Assembly: GCF_004010195.1 (NCBI RefSeq)
Contig: NC_057718.1
Span: 33,191,940-33,224,265, forward strand
Direction of reading: 5' to 3'
From: Chiloscyllium plagiosum
Taxonomy: Eukaryota
DNA: 32,326 nt
Positions 9,986-21,545 of the stretch are shown piece by piece. Each line of letters starts with the position of its first letter. Position 1 is the stretch's first letter. The translations under genes and the position numbers were made by a program. A model generated the notes under the pieces. The model was not told where the DNA came from and did not search any database. It saw only the letters and a program-made list of their open reading frames with translations.

Positions 9986-12342
9986 CATAGAACGTAACAG
10001 TGCAATATAGGCCCTTCGGCCCTCTGTTGAGCTGACCTGTGCCCATCTGACCTACACTATTCCAATATCATCCATATACTTATCCAATGACTATTTTAAA
10101 TGCCCATAAAGTTGGCGAGTTTACTACTATTGCGGGCAGGGCATTCCATGCCCTTCATACTGAGTAATGAATCTACCTCTGACAGCTTTAAATTGAGGGT
10201 GATAGATGTAAGAGAGATGGGCTCTTGTGTAGCCATCACCATCCAAGGAAAAAGGCTCTCGCTGTCCACCCCATGTAATCCTCTGATCATCTTGATGTAT
10301 ATCTGTCACCTCTCAACCTACTGGCTAATGAAAACAGCCTCTAGTCCCTCAGCCTTTCCTCATAAGACCTCTCCACCCAACCCCCACATACCAGGCAACA
10401 TCCTGGTAAATCTCCTCTGTACCCTTTCCAACGTTTCCACATCCCACCTGTAATGTGGTGACCAGAAGCGTACACAGTGCTCCAAATACAGCCATACCAG
10501 AGTTTTGTACAGCTGCAACATGACCTCTTGGCTCTGAAACTCAATCCCTCTACCACTAAAATCTAACATACCGTGTCTTCTTAACAACCCTATCAACCTG
10601 GGTGGCAACTTTCAGGGATCTGTGTATTGGACATAGATATCTCTGCTCATCTACACTACCAAGAATCTTACCATTAACCCAGTACTACTAATTCCTGTTC
10701 GTCTTTTCAAAGTGAATCACCTCACACTTTTGCACGTTAAACTCCATGTGCCACCTGTCAGCTAGCTCTGCAGCTTATTTGTGTCCCTCTGTAACCTGCA
10801 ACGTCCTTCGGTACTGTCCACAACTTTCCCGACCTTGTTCTATGCCCTCATCCATGTTATTTATAAAAATGACAAATAGCAGTGGCCCCAAAAGAGATCC
10901 TTGCAGTACACCATTAGTAACTGAACTCCAGGATGAACATTATGGTCAACCACCAACCTGTCATCTTTCAGCTAGCCAATTCCTGATCCAAACAGCTAAA
11001 TCACCTTCAATCCCACGCCTCTGTTTTCTGCAATAGCCTACCGTGGGGAACCTTATCAAACACTTTACTGAAATCCATATATATCACACCAACTGCTTTA
11101 CCCTCCTCCACTTCTGGTTACCTTCTCAAAGAACTCAATAAGGGTTGTGAGGCATGACCTACCCTTCACAAAACCATGTTGACTATCCCTAATCAACTTA
11201 TTCCTTTCTAGATGATTATAAATCCTATCTCTTATAACCTTTTCCAACACTTTACCCACAACCAAAGTAAGGCGCACTGGTCTATAATTACCAGGGTTGT
11301 CCATGTACCCCTTCTTGAACAAGGGGACAACATTTGCTATCCTCCAGTCATCTGGCACTATTCCTGTAGACAATGTTGACATTAAAAATCAAAACCAAAG
11401 GTTCTGCAGTCTCCTCCCTTGCTTCCCAGAGAATCCTAGCATAAATCCCATCCAGCCCTCTGGACTTATCTATTTTCACGCTTTCCAGAATTGCTAACAC
11501 CACCACCTTATGAACCTCAATCCCATCTAGTCGAATAGCCTGTATCTCCGTATTCTCCTCAACATTATCTTTCTCCAGTGATGAAAGATACTGATATTCA
11601 TTTAGCGCCTCTATCTCCTTGGACTCCACGTGAAACTTCCCACTACTGTCCTTGACTGTCCCTACTCTTACTCTTGTCATTCTTTCTTTTATTCCTGACA
11701 TACCTGTAGAAAGTTTTAGGGTTTTCCTCAATCTTACCTGCCAATGACTTCTCATGTCCCCCTCTTAGCTCTTTCCTTAGGTACTTCCTGGCTAACTTGT
11801 AACGCTCAAGCGCCCGAACTGAGCTTTCACGTCTCATCTTTGCATAAGCCTCCTCCTTCCTCTTGACAAGGGATTCAACTTCTTTAGTAAACCACAGCTT
11901 CCTCGCTCAGACTTCTTCTCTGTCTGACAGGTACGTAGTTATCAAGGACATGCAATAGCTGTTGCTTGAACAAACTCCACATTTCAATTGTGCCCATCCC
12001 CTGCAGTTTCCTTCCCCATCCTATGCATTCTTAATCTTGCCTAACTGTACCATTAATGCCTTTCCTTCAGCTATAACTCTTGCCCTGCGGTATATACCTA
12101 TCTCTTTCCATCGCTAATGTAAATATAACTGAATTGTGGTCACTATCACCAAAGTGCTCACCTACCTCAAATCTAACACCTGGCCTGACTTGTTACTCAG
12201 TACCAAATCCAATGTGGCGCGTCCTGTTGTTTGCCTATCTACATACTCTGTTGGGAAACCATCCTGCACACATTGGACAAAACTGACCCATTTAAAGTAC
12301 TTGAACTATAGTATTTCCAGTCAACATTTCCCCCATAACAAT

Positions 12343-12571
12343 CAGAGCTGAAAATGTGTTGCTGGAAAAGCTCAGCAGGTCAGGCAGCATCCAGGGAACA
12401 GGAGAATCGACGTTTCGGGCATAAGCCCTTCTTCAGGAAGGGTCATTCCTGAAGAAGGGCTTATGCCCGAAACATCGATTCTCCTGTTCCCTGGATGCTG
12501 CCTGACCTGCTGCGCTTTTCCAGCAACACATTTTCAGCTCTGATCTCCAGCATCTGCTGACCTCACTTTCT
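12343..12571. mobile_element. Palindromic PLE terminal-repeat insertion with a 12-bp TSD
   Basis: The arms 12341-12439 and 12446-12544 are reverse complements at 97 of 99 positions, with spacer GGGTCA. CCCCATAACAAT occurs at 12331-12342 and 12572-12583. Confidence 0.92.
12409..12436 (-). ncRNA. Minimal hammerhead-ribozyme-like core (most intact copy)
   Basis: The minus strand reads CTGAAGA-A-GGGC-TTAT-GCCC-GAAA-CGTC. Confidence 0.55.
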
Positions 12572-13941
12572 CCCCATAACAATTACCCTATTACTTTTGT
12601 TCTTATCCAGAGTCATCTTTGCAATCATTTCTTCCTACATCTTTGGGAGCTTTCTATAGGCCTCTCCTGTTTCTCACCTCAGCCCATACTACCTCAGTAG
12701 ATGGTTCCTCAACAAATGTCCTTTCTGTCACTATAATATTGCCCTTGACTAACAATGCCACACCTTTCCCTCTTTTACCACCTTCCGGTCTGACTGAAAC
12801 ATCTAAACCCTGGAACCTGGAACCACCATTCCTGTCCCTGCTGTAGCCATGTCTCCAAAATGCCCATAACATCGAAGTCCCAGGTACCAACTCATACTGC
12901 AAGTTCACCCACCTAATTCCGGATACTCCTGGCATTGAAGTAGACACTCTTCAAACCACTTTTCTGCCTGCCGGTACACTCTTGAGACCTTCTTTATGGC
13001 CTCACTACTCTCAACCTCCTGTATAATGGAACAGCAATTCAGGTTCCCATCCCCCTGCTGAATTAGTTTAAACCCTCCTGAAGAACATTAACAAATTTCC
13101 CCCCCCCCCCAACTCCCCAGGATGTTGGTACTCCTCTGGTTCATGTGTGGACCATCTTGTTTATAGAGATCCCACCTACCCCAGAATGAGCCCCAATTAT
13201 CCAGGTATCTGAATCCCTCCCTCCTGCACCATCCCTGTAGCCATGTGTTCAACTCCTCCCTCTCCCTATTCCATACCTCGTTAACCAGAGATTATGACTG
13301 TTTGTTCTAGCTCTAATCTTCCACCCTAGTTCCCTGAAGTTCTGCCTTGCATCCCCATCCCTTTTTCTACCTATGTTGTTGGTGCCGATGTGGACCACGA
13401 TTTAGGGCTGCTCCCTCTCTTTTCTCTTTTTTCCCCCTCCCCCAAAGATCCTGAAAACAGTATCCGAGACATCACAAACCCTGGCACTTGGGAGGCAACA
13501 CACCAACCATGAGTCTCCCTCGTTCCCACAGAGTTTCCTATCTGCCCCCCTAACTATGGATCCTCGATGACTAATGCTCTCCTCCTCTTGCCCCTTCCCT
13601 TCTGTGGAACAGGGACAGACTCTATGCCAGACACCTGTACCCCTTGGCTTACCCTGGTAAGTCTTCCCCTCCAACAGTATCTAAAACCGTATACTGTTAT
13701 TAAGAGGAATAGTGACAGGGAATCTTGGCACTGTTTGGCCTGTTCCCTTCCCGTCCCCTGACTGTAACGCATCTGCCTTTTCCTGTACCTGAGGTGTGAA
13801 CTACCTCCCTATAGCTTCTCTCAATTACCCCCTCAGCCCTCCAAATTATCCGAAGTACATCCAGCTCCAGTTCCGTAACGTGGTTTCCAAGGAGCTGGAA
13901 TTTGATTTCCTGCAGATGACTTCCATGGGGACTCGAGTAGT

Positions 13942-15430
13942 GAAGCTAGGGAAGTGATTGCAGGGCCCCTTGCTAAGACATGTGCATCGTTGATAGCCAC
14001 AGGTGAGGTGCTGGAAGACTGGAGGTTGGCTAACATGGTGCCACTATTTAAGAAAGTGGTAAAGAAAAGTCAAGGAATTATAGACTGAGTCTAAGTTTGA
14101 TATCAACGGTGGACGCCTTGTTAAGGGAATCTTGAGGGACGGGATTTACGTGTATTTGGAAAAGCAAGGACTGAATAGGGATAGTCAACATGGCTTTGTC
14201 CGTGGGAAATCATGTCTGTCAAACTTGAGTTTTTTTTAAAGAAGTACTAAAGAGGAACAATATGGGCAGAGTAGTGGATGTGATCTATATGGACTTCAGC
14301 AGTAAGACTTTCTACAAGGTTCCTCATGGTAGACTAGTTAGCAAGGTTACATTACATGGGACAGAGGGAGAACCAGCTATTTACAGAACTGGCTTGAAGG
14401 GTGGTGGTGGAGGGTTGTTTTTCAGACTGGAACCCTGTGACGAGTGACGTGCAACAAGAATTGTTGCTGGATCCACTGTTTTTTGTCACTTATATAAATG
14501 ATTTGGATGTGAACATAAAAGGTATAGTAAGTTTGACACCAAAATTGGAGATGCAGTCGACAGCAAAGAAGGTTACCTCAGCAAAATGGGACATTGATCA
14601 GGTGGGCTAATGGGCTGAGGAGTGGCAGATGGAGTTTAATTTAGATAAATATCAGGTGCAACATTTTGGAAAGGCAAATCAGGGCAGGACTTGCCATTAA
14701 GTGTATAAGTTCCTGGGGAGTGTTGCTGAACAAAGCAACCTGGGAGTGCAGTTTATAGTTCCTTGAAAGTGGATTCGCAGATAGATAGGATAGTGAAGGT
14801 GTGTGGTATGCTTGTCTTTACTGGTCAGTGCAGTACATTTTGAGTATAGGACTTGGGAGATCATGTTGTGGCTGTACAGAACATTGGTTAGGCCACTATT
14901 GGAATACTGTGTGCAATTCTGGTCTTTGTTATAGGATGGATAAAATGAAGTTTGAAAGGGTTCAGAAAAGATTTGCAAGGATGTTGCCAGAGTTGGAGGG
15001 TTTGAGCTTTGGGAGAGGCTGAATAGATTAGGACTATTTTCCCTGGAGTGTCAGAGACTGAGAGGTGACCTTGTAGAGGTTTATAAAATCATGAGGAGCA
15101 TGGATAGGGTAGATAGACAAGTCTTTTCCACATTTTATAGGAGTCCAAAACTAGAGGGCATGGGTTTAAGGCGAGAGGGAAATGATTTAAAAGGGACCTA
15201 AGGGGCACCTTTTTCACAGAGAGTGGTGCATGTATGGAATGAGCTGCCAGAGGAAGTAGTGGAGGCTGGAACAATTACAACATTTGAAAGACATCTAGAT
15301 GGTTATATGACTAGCAAGGGTTTAGAGGATTATGGGCCAGGTGCTGGCAAATGAACGAGATTTATTTAAGGTATTTGGTCAGCATGGATGTGTTGGACCA
15401 AAAGGGTCTATTCTATCCTGTACATCGGAG
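13942..15430 (+). mobile_element. CR1 LINE ORF2 3' half and tail
   Basis: Fragments read VDVIYMDFS.KTFYKVPHGRL, FVTYINDLD and ERVQKRFARMLPELEGLS. The tail is GTTGGACCAAAAGGGTCT. Confidence 0.92.
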
Positions 15431-15433
15431 TCT

Positions 15434-16800
15434 AAATTCAACCCAAACAATTACTGCCCTATAATAATACTCTTACTGGTTAAGGTGATGGAAGGAGTCA
15501 TGAATGATATTGGCAGCATTTAAAAGGGTACCTCATCTTCTGATCTCATTATGTACAACGTTTGGTCCAAGCATCGACAAAAGAATTGAATTCCATGGAT
15601 GAATTGAGTGATTGTACGTGACATCAAGGTGCCGAGCAAAGCAGAGTCAGTGGGAATAAGGAGGAAAACTCTGCTGGCTGGAGTCATGCCTTGCACAAAA
15701 GAAAATGGTTGTGGTGGTTCAAGGATGGTCATATTTCAACTTCAGGGCAAGTCTGCAGGTTGTCTTCAGGATAGTGTCTGTGGCCCAAGTGTCTTCAGTT
15801 ATTTCATTAATGATCTTTTCTCCTTGACATCAGAAATATGAATATTTATTTGTTTATTGGTACAGAACATTGTTGACTCTTCAGATACTGAAACCAGTCC
15901 AGTATCCAAATGCAGCAAGACCTGGACAATATCCAGCCTTGGGCTGACAAATTTGATCTCTGGCAAGAGAATTGAACCATTTGCCCTATTTGATATTCAA
16001 GGCATTACTACGACTGAATTCCCACTATCAATATCGAGGAATTGCTATTTGACCTGATACTGAACTGGACTAGCCATACATGTATTGTGACTAAAATAGC
16101 AGGTCAAAGGCTAGGAATGCTGCAGCGACTAATTCAACTCATCACCTGACTCTCCAAATCCTGTCCACAATCTGCTTGTCACAGGTCAGGTCAGAAATGT
16201 GATGGAATACCCTCTCCACTTCCTTGGATGAACACAGCGTCAACAAATCTCCAAAAAGCAACATTATGCACAAACATTCTCTCCTTTCCACCCGGGAGAA
16301 AGTGAGGTCTGCAGATGCTGAAGATCGGAGCTGAAAATGTGTTGCTGGAAAAGCGCAGCAGGTCAGACAGCATCCTGAAGAAGGGCTCATGCCCGAAATG
16401 TCGATTCTCCTGCTCCTTGGATGCTGCCTGACCTGCACTTTTCCAGCAACACATTTTCATCTCCTTTCCACCCATCAACACTCCATAGCAGCAGTGTGTA
16501 CTGTCAATATGATGTACTGCAGAAATTTGCCAAGACTCCTTGCGACACAGCCACGTTTCAAACTCTCCATCACTAACACCTAGAAGAACAAGTCCAGCAG
16601 GTATTTGGGAACACTACTTGCAAATTCCTCTGCAAGCTGTGCATCTTCCTGACTTGGAAATCTGTTGCCATTTTTAGTATCGCTGAGCCAAAAGTTGAAT
16701 TCCCTGTCTAAAGGCATTGGGAGTCGGGCAGTAATGAATAAACAGCAGTGGTACAAAAAAGCAGCCCCCCAATCACATTAAGCCAATTAAGGATTGGCAC
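15434..16800 (+). mobile_element. CR1-clade LINE (second family), 3' part of the split copy
   Basis: Fragments read SKFNPNNYCPI...KVMEGVMN and LQDSVCGPSVFSYFINDL, followed by CAGGTCAGGTCAGAAATGTGATGGAATAC. Confidence 0.75.
16294..16459. mobile_element. Fold-back PLE terminal-repeat insertion with a 14-bp TSD
   Basis: TCTCCTTTCCACCC occurs at 16280-16293 and 16460-16473. An antisense arm (16294-16375) is joined to a sense arm with the core CTGAAGAAGGGCTCATGCCCGAAATGTC (16375-16402). Confidence 0.88.
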
Positions 16801-16970
16801 TAGGTAGCAAAATTGAACACCATGAGTAAATTTGGAAATAAAATCCCAAATTAAGTTTATAAATTTCATATTTTAAAATGGTTCATCAAAGTGAAGAAAT
16901 AAAAGGACTGAATTTGTAGTCAGCTACTCTTAAGTGCACTGTCCAGATATCTTGCTCAAATATTTCAAGC

Positions 16971-17100
16971 AAACTGAATTGCAGAGAAATTCAGCAGGTC
17001 TTGCAACATCTATGCAGAGAAAACTGACCTGCTGAGTTTATCCAACTTCTTCAGTTTTTGTTTTCAGATCTCCAGCATCTGCAGTTATTGTCTTATTTTG
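16971..17100. mobile_element. Old fold-back element related to the PLE termini
   Basis: TCAGCAGGTC and GACCTGCTGA are inverted. The element ends with the family tail CAGATCTCCAGCATCTGCAG and has no hammerhead core. Confidence 0.6.
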
Positions 17101-17495
17101 GTCAAATACTTATGTTTCATTTAACATCTTCAAAGAGTTTCTGCCAGAACCTTGGGGAAAGCTCTATAAGGTTCTTGACACAAGTTAACATGGGTAGCTG
17201 TGTAAAATTGTTTTTCTCCAAGTACAAAATAGGTCCCCCATTCAGCAAGAGTAAAACCAACTAGGTATATGGAGACAGAATACACTCATCAGGGAATGTT
17301 TGAATCCTTGGAACTTCATGTCTGGTTAGCTGATGGGCGAAAGTCTTTTGCGAAGTTGCTACTTTAATTTTCTTTCATAGGTAGCATTTGTGGATAACAG
17401 GAAAAATTGCATAGCCAAGATGGTAGAACTAGGATAGTTCTGATATTTCACAAGGTGGAGAATCTGAGTATTCACAAGACTTGCAAAACTGCTTT

Positions 17496-17858
17496 GGGTG
17501 GCACAGTGGCTCAGTGGTTAGCACTGTTGCTTCACAGCACCAGGGACCTGGGTTTGATTTCAGCCTCTCGTGGCTGTGCAAACTCCACACAGATATTCTC
17601 CCCGTATCTGCGTAGGTTTTGTCTGGGTGCTCTGGTTTCCTCCCACATTCCAAAGATTTTCAGTTTAGGTGAATTGGCCATGCTAAACTGCCCATATTGT
17701 TCAGTGATGTGTAGGTTAGGTGCACTAGTGAGGGGTCAATATAGGATAATATGGTCGAAGAATGGATCTGAGTGGGTTACTCTTCAGAGGGCCAGTGTGG
17801 ACTTGTTGGACCAAAGGGCCTGTTTCCATACTGTAGGGATCCTGTGTAGGAATTCTAT
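17496..17858 (+). mobile_element. tRNA-derived V-SINE (HE1-like)
   Basis: It has the head GGGTGGCACAGTGGCTCAGTGGTTAGC and the tail GGACCAAAGGGCCTGTTTCCA. Confidence 0.88.
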
Positions 17859-18599
17859 GCTTTATTTTTGATTAGGTGCACATCACTCTTGAGTGCACCA
17901 ACAGCAGTAGAATATCTAATCTGCCAAGGAATTAGTTCTCCTGAAGGTTTGTTTTCCACCAAAAGTATCACTTGAGAAGCAGTTTTCATAGTGTGAATGC
18001 AGTTGCTTACCAAAAGCTGTATACTGATATTTGTGTGCTCCATGATGGAGAGCATCTCAACTTGTGTTGTAAGGTTGTGCATTGGATTCTGCAGTCTTGG
18101 ATTGGATATGGGGTTAAAACTCATGTTTCAATATTGTGTTAAATTTTAAAGCTTTTTAACTGGCATAATGAGGCAGCAGAGGTTCACTTGTGGTCCCATC
18201 TTGAATTTTTTTGATGTTACTAGCAAACTGACCTTGGTAGGTTGCTGTCTTTTTTTAATTTCATTGCCCTCGACATTAAAAGATAATTGGTTTATATAGA
18301 AAAATGTTAAACTTTAAGCATGCAAGTCTGCAATAGTCTGAAGGTGGGGTTTCATTTAATCATTTTAATCCTGAAATTAAATGTGGGCAACTACTGAGTG
18401 GAAAGTTACTTAATCAGAAGTGGCAGACATTTTTAAGCAAATGTTTCACAATGCTGAGCAAAAAAAATTGCAATCGGAAAGAATGTGAGGATGAACCCCC
18501 TGTGGTTAACAGGTAATCCAGGGAGCATCTGGTCAAAAAGTAAGGCATCCAAAGTGGTGCCAATTAAAGATTTGTCTGACAACTAGTGACTTGTTTGTG

Positions 18600-19620
18600 T
18601 GTTGGGAAGTTATTTAGTAATCAGCAGGTGCCAAAAAGGCTATTGCGCTCGATAAGAGTTCCCAGGATATTGGTGTAATGTATAAACGAGAATTAAGGAG
18701 TGCTTAACACAAGACCAAATCAAGATTGGTTGGAAGGCCTTACTGGAATGTCACAAGAATCAATCCTGGAGTCTCTATTATTTGCTATCCAATGTTAATG
18801 ACTTGGAGGGGGCAAAATGTAGTATATGCAACTTTTGATAAGACAAAAATAGATGGGAGGGTATATTGTGATGACACAAGAACCACAAGGGAATATAGAT
18901 GGGTTGATGAATGGGCAAAAAATTGGCAGATGTCATTTTAATGCAAGAAAGTGTGAGATCATGCATTTCACTTGGATGAGTCAAAGCTAGACTATCATTT
19001 TAAATGGAGAGAGGCACCAGAAAAATGCAGTGCAGCAGATCTGGGTGTTCTGCCTGAATTGTAAGGGCAGAATACTAGTGCAGCAAGTAACCAATGAAGC
19101 AAATGGGATTTTTACCTTTTGCTGGTTGAAATTTAAGAATAGGGAATAATTGTTACAACCATACAGGGTTTTGGGGCTGCACCTGAAGTATGGTATACAG
19201 TTTCCATCCCATATTTAAGAATGAATATACTGACTTTAGAGCTTTTTCAAAAAGATGATTCACTAGGCTAAATGGGTTAGGGTTCTTATTGTTTGAAGAA
19301 AGGTGATCTTATTGAAACGTAGATTCTGTGGGGGCTTGATAGGCTGGATACTGAGAAGGTGTTTCCACGAGAGTGGGAATCTTGAACTAGGGGGTACAGG
19401 TATAGAATAAGGGGATGCCTCATTTTATTCTGCAATGCAAAAGAATTTCTTCTCCCGTACATTGGTTAATGTCATGAATTCTCCATTCCAGAAAGTTGTG
19501 GAGATTAGATTAAAGCATCTAAAGAGGTTGAAAAGAGGAGTTGACACCTGGGGCAAATCGGCCATGATCTTGTTGAATAGCGGGCCAGACTTGAGGTGTC
19601 AAATAGCTGACTCCTTCTTT
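18600..19620 (+). mobile_element. Old CR1 ORF2 3' portion
   Basis: Fragments read ATFDKTKIDG...WVDEWAKNWQMSF and KNFFSRTLVNVMNSPFQKVVE. Confidence 0.75.
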
Positions 19621-21336
19621 TACTTTGTGGTCTTATGGCATTGCACTTCATATAGCCATGTTGACCTTTTTCTATCCATTAATCATCAAACTTTTGAAGT
19701 GGGCAATCTACACAAAAGCATTTGATCTTAAATTTAGGTCAGGCTCGTCAGATTTCATGTTGTTGGCTTTGTTTTTATCATTAGTATATGAAATCCATTT
19801 GACCAAAATGCTGAAATGTGACATTGTGCAGAACAAACAAGTTGCTAGGTGGCAGCATTCAATTCTGCACTGTGTGATTGAAGCAGGCTTATATCAAAGG
19901 CTTCAGCAGGACAAGTGTTGGTCACCATTTGAAAAAGACAAACAGGCAAACTCCATTTTAGGACTGCTGATCTATAGCTGTCACAGAGAAGTAATCAAGC
20001 AGTTTGCTTCTGTTTCTGTCAGAACAAACTCAAAAATAAGTTGTAGAAATTAGTAAGCAGCCAAGGGATGGAAGTAGTCCTGGAGAGCTGTTAAAGTGAA
20101 TAGGCTATTATGTTGGAAACCGTGAGGGGCTTGGAAGATCTCTGCAAACGTTCATACTTTAGAGCAGCTGTCAGAGTAGGAGTTCGAAACCTATGAGCTT
20201 GATAGAACTGAGCAAGATTTAGAGATAATGGAAATCCCAGACGCACCTGGTCTGAAAAGCTGTGAATGAGTACTAGAGTGCAGTGTTGAGTCTAAGGGAG
20301 TGTGATGGACTAGAACAGGAGCAGTCATTTCAGACAGTCCATAACACAGCTGCTCTTGATCATAGCGTAAAGTTGGCAATTTGGTCCGGGATCTGAGAAG
20401 TTTTTTTATTTAAGTTTTTTATATTTGTGGGAAGTTTGGCAGAAGTAGGTAAATTTTTTATAGAAGGTGAGGCAAGGAAAACTGAGATAATATAAGCTAT
20501 GGGCTGCAGATGTTTATCTTTAAAACCAAATGCCTGTCTGCTGACACCAATGATCTGATTAAATTCTGACTGTGCATGGTCACTCCCATTTTCATGTAGT
20601 GTGTGCAAGTGCTCCGTAATGAAGCAGATTTGAATTTTTAAAAAAAATTCAAGTTTTTTTCAACCATATAATTTTATTTTTAGTTGTTAAGGTGATAACT
20701 GTTATTTTACTTCTGATTTTTGCAGCTACTGCACATGCACCTGCATGTTAATAAATGTGGCCTTTATTTCAAAGAAGCTAGGGGACAGGTTAACAAAAGT
20801 ACCAAAACATGTTTGCAATCCTGGACTTTGTAAATTGAGGCATACTAGTGCAGATGTTGGAAACAGTGCAAAACCCGTATGAAACTTTTGTCTTTTTCCT
20901 CCAAGTAGGAGTTTTGTTTGATTTTGACCTCTGCATGTTGGGAAGGACGTGAAGGCAAGACAAGAGGGTACTGAAAAAAAATTAATAAAGATTCCAGGTA
21001 GGATATTCCACTTGAAATGAGCAGACCAGTGGAGCTGTAATTCTTTTCCTAGGAGCTGTCGGACTTTGGCTCAATCTACCAACTTACGTTGTTCTATGTG
21101 TGAGCCAAGTCCTGTATGTTCTTTAAATGAAGCAATAGGAGAAGATATTCGGTCTCACACTTTTAGTTTATTTTAGCAGTAAGTGGATAAAGCATACAGA
21201 GCTCTGGGTCTAGACCTTTCTGTCCATGACACACTATATGGTGTGTCAGTTCAGAAAGTACCACACCTTTCTGTCCCTGACCCAGTCTTTTTATATAATA
21301 AAAAACGTCATGCAATCACTGAGGTGGGATTGTCTT

Positions 21337-21545
21337 CTGATTGGCTGTTGATCTGACTCTATTCTCCGCCTCCTTGCGTTCCTGGATGTCCGACCCCACG
21401 TGACCCTGTTTTGCCCGCGAAACGGAGTACCACGTGACCTCCTTCTGCGCGCGCGCATAACGGAGCATCCCCAAAGGCTTCCGAATGCCGAGTATATTTA
21501 CACTCGCAGCCAGCCATATATTTATAAGTAAGCCATATATTTACA
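21337..21545. promoter_or_regulatory. CpG-rich promoter/enhancer-like motif cluster
   Basis: Motifs are CTGATTGGCT (NF-Y), CTCCGCCTCC (GC box), CCACGTGACC twice, TTTTGCCCGCGAAA (E2F-like), TGCGCGCGCGCA (NRF1-like), AACGG twice and AGCCATATATTTA twice. CpG is locally retained in an otherwise CpG-poor window. Confidence 0.6.

Larger units (their letters stand above)
9986..13940 (-). mobile_element. Long decayed CR1 LINE (ORF1 esterase, ORF2 endonuclease and RT, 3' tail)
   Basis: ORF1-like fragments read RRALVI../SIVRGADRKLCG...VCCLPSARVCDV. ORF2 fragments read GGKRGKGVALLVK, TGIVPDDWRIANVVPLFKKG...NYRPV...QHGFVKGRSCLTTLIEFFE and LERVQRRFTRMLPG. The tail GGGCCGAAGGGCCT lies near 10010-10022. 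There are multiple frameshifts. Confidence 0.93.

Noticed and set aside
17407..17871. 154-aa ORF, along with the ORFs at 2929-3273 and 30474-30929
   Set aside because: These frames run through SINE or PLE repeats and are chance ORFs.
19842..19857. CTCF-like TTGCTAGGTGGCAGCA
   Set aside because: It matches only the 3' half of the core and lacks the 5' CC, so it cannot be supported from sequence alone.
19625..20053. 142-aa ORF in apparently unique sequence
   Set aside because: It has a non-ATG start, no recognisable domain and no convincing splice boundaries.
20726..20788. Possible exon after TTTTTGCAG
   Set aside because: The donor is weak (GTTAAC) and the peptides are unrecognisable.
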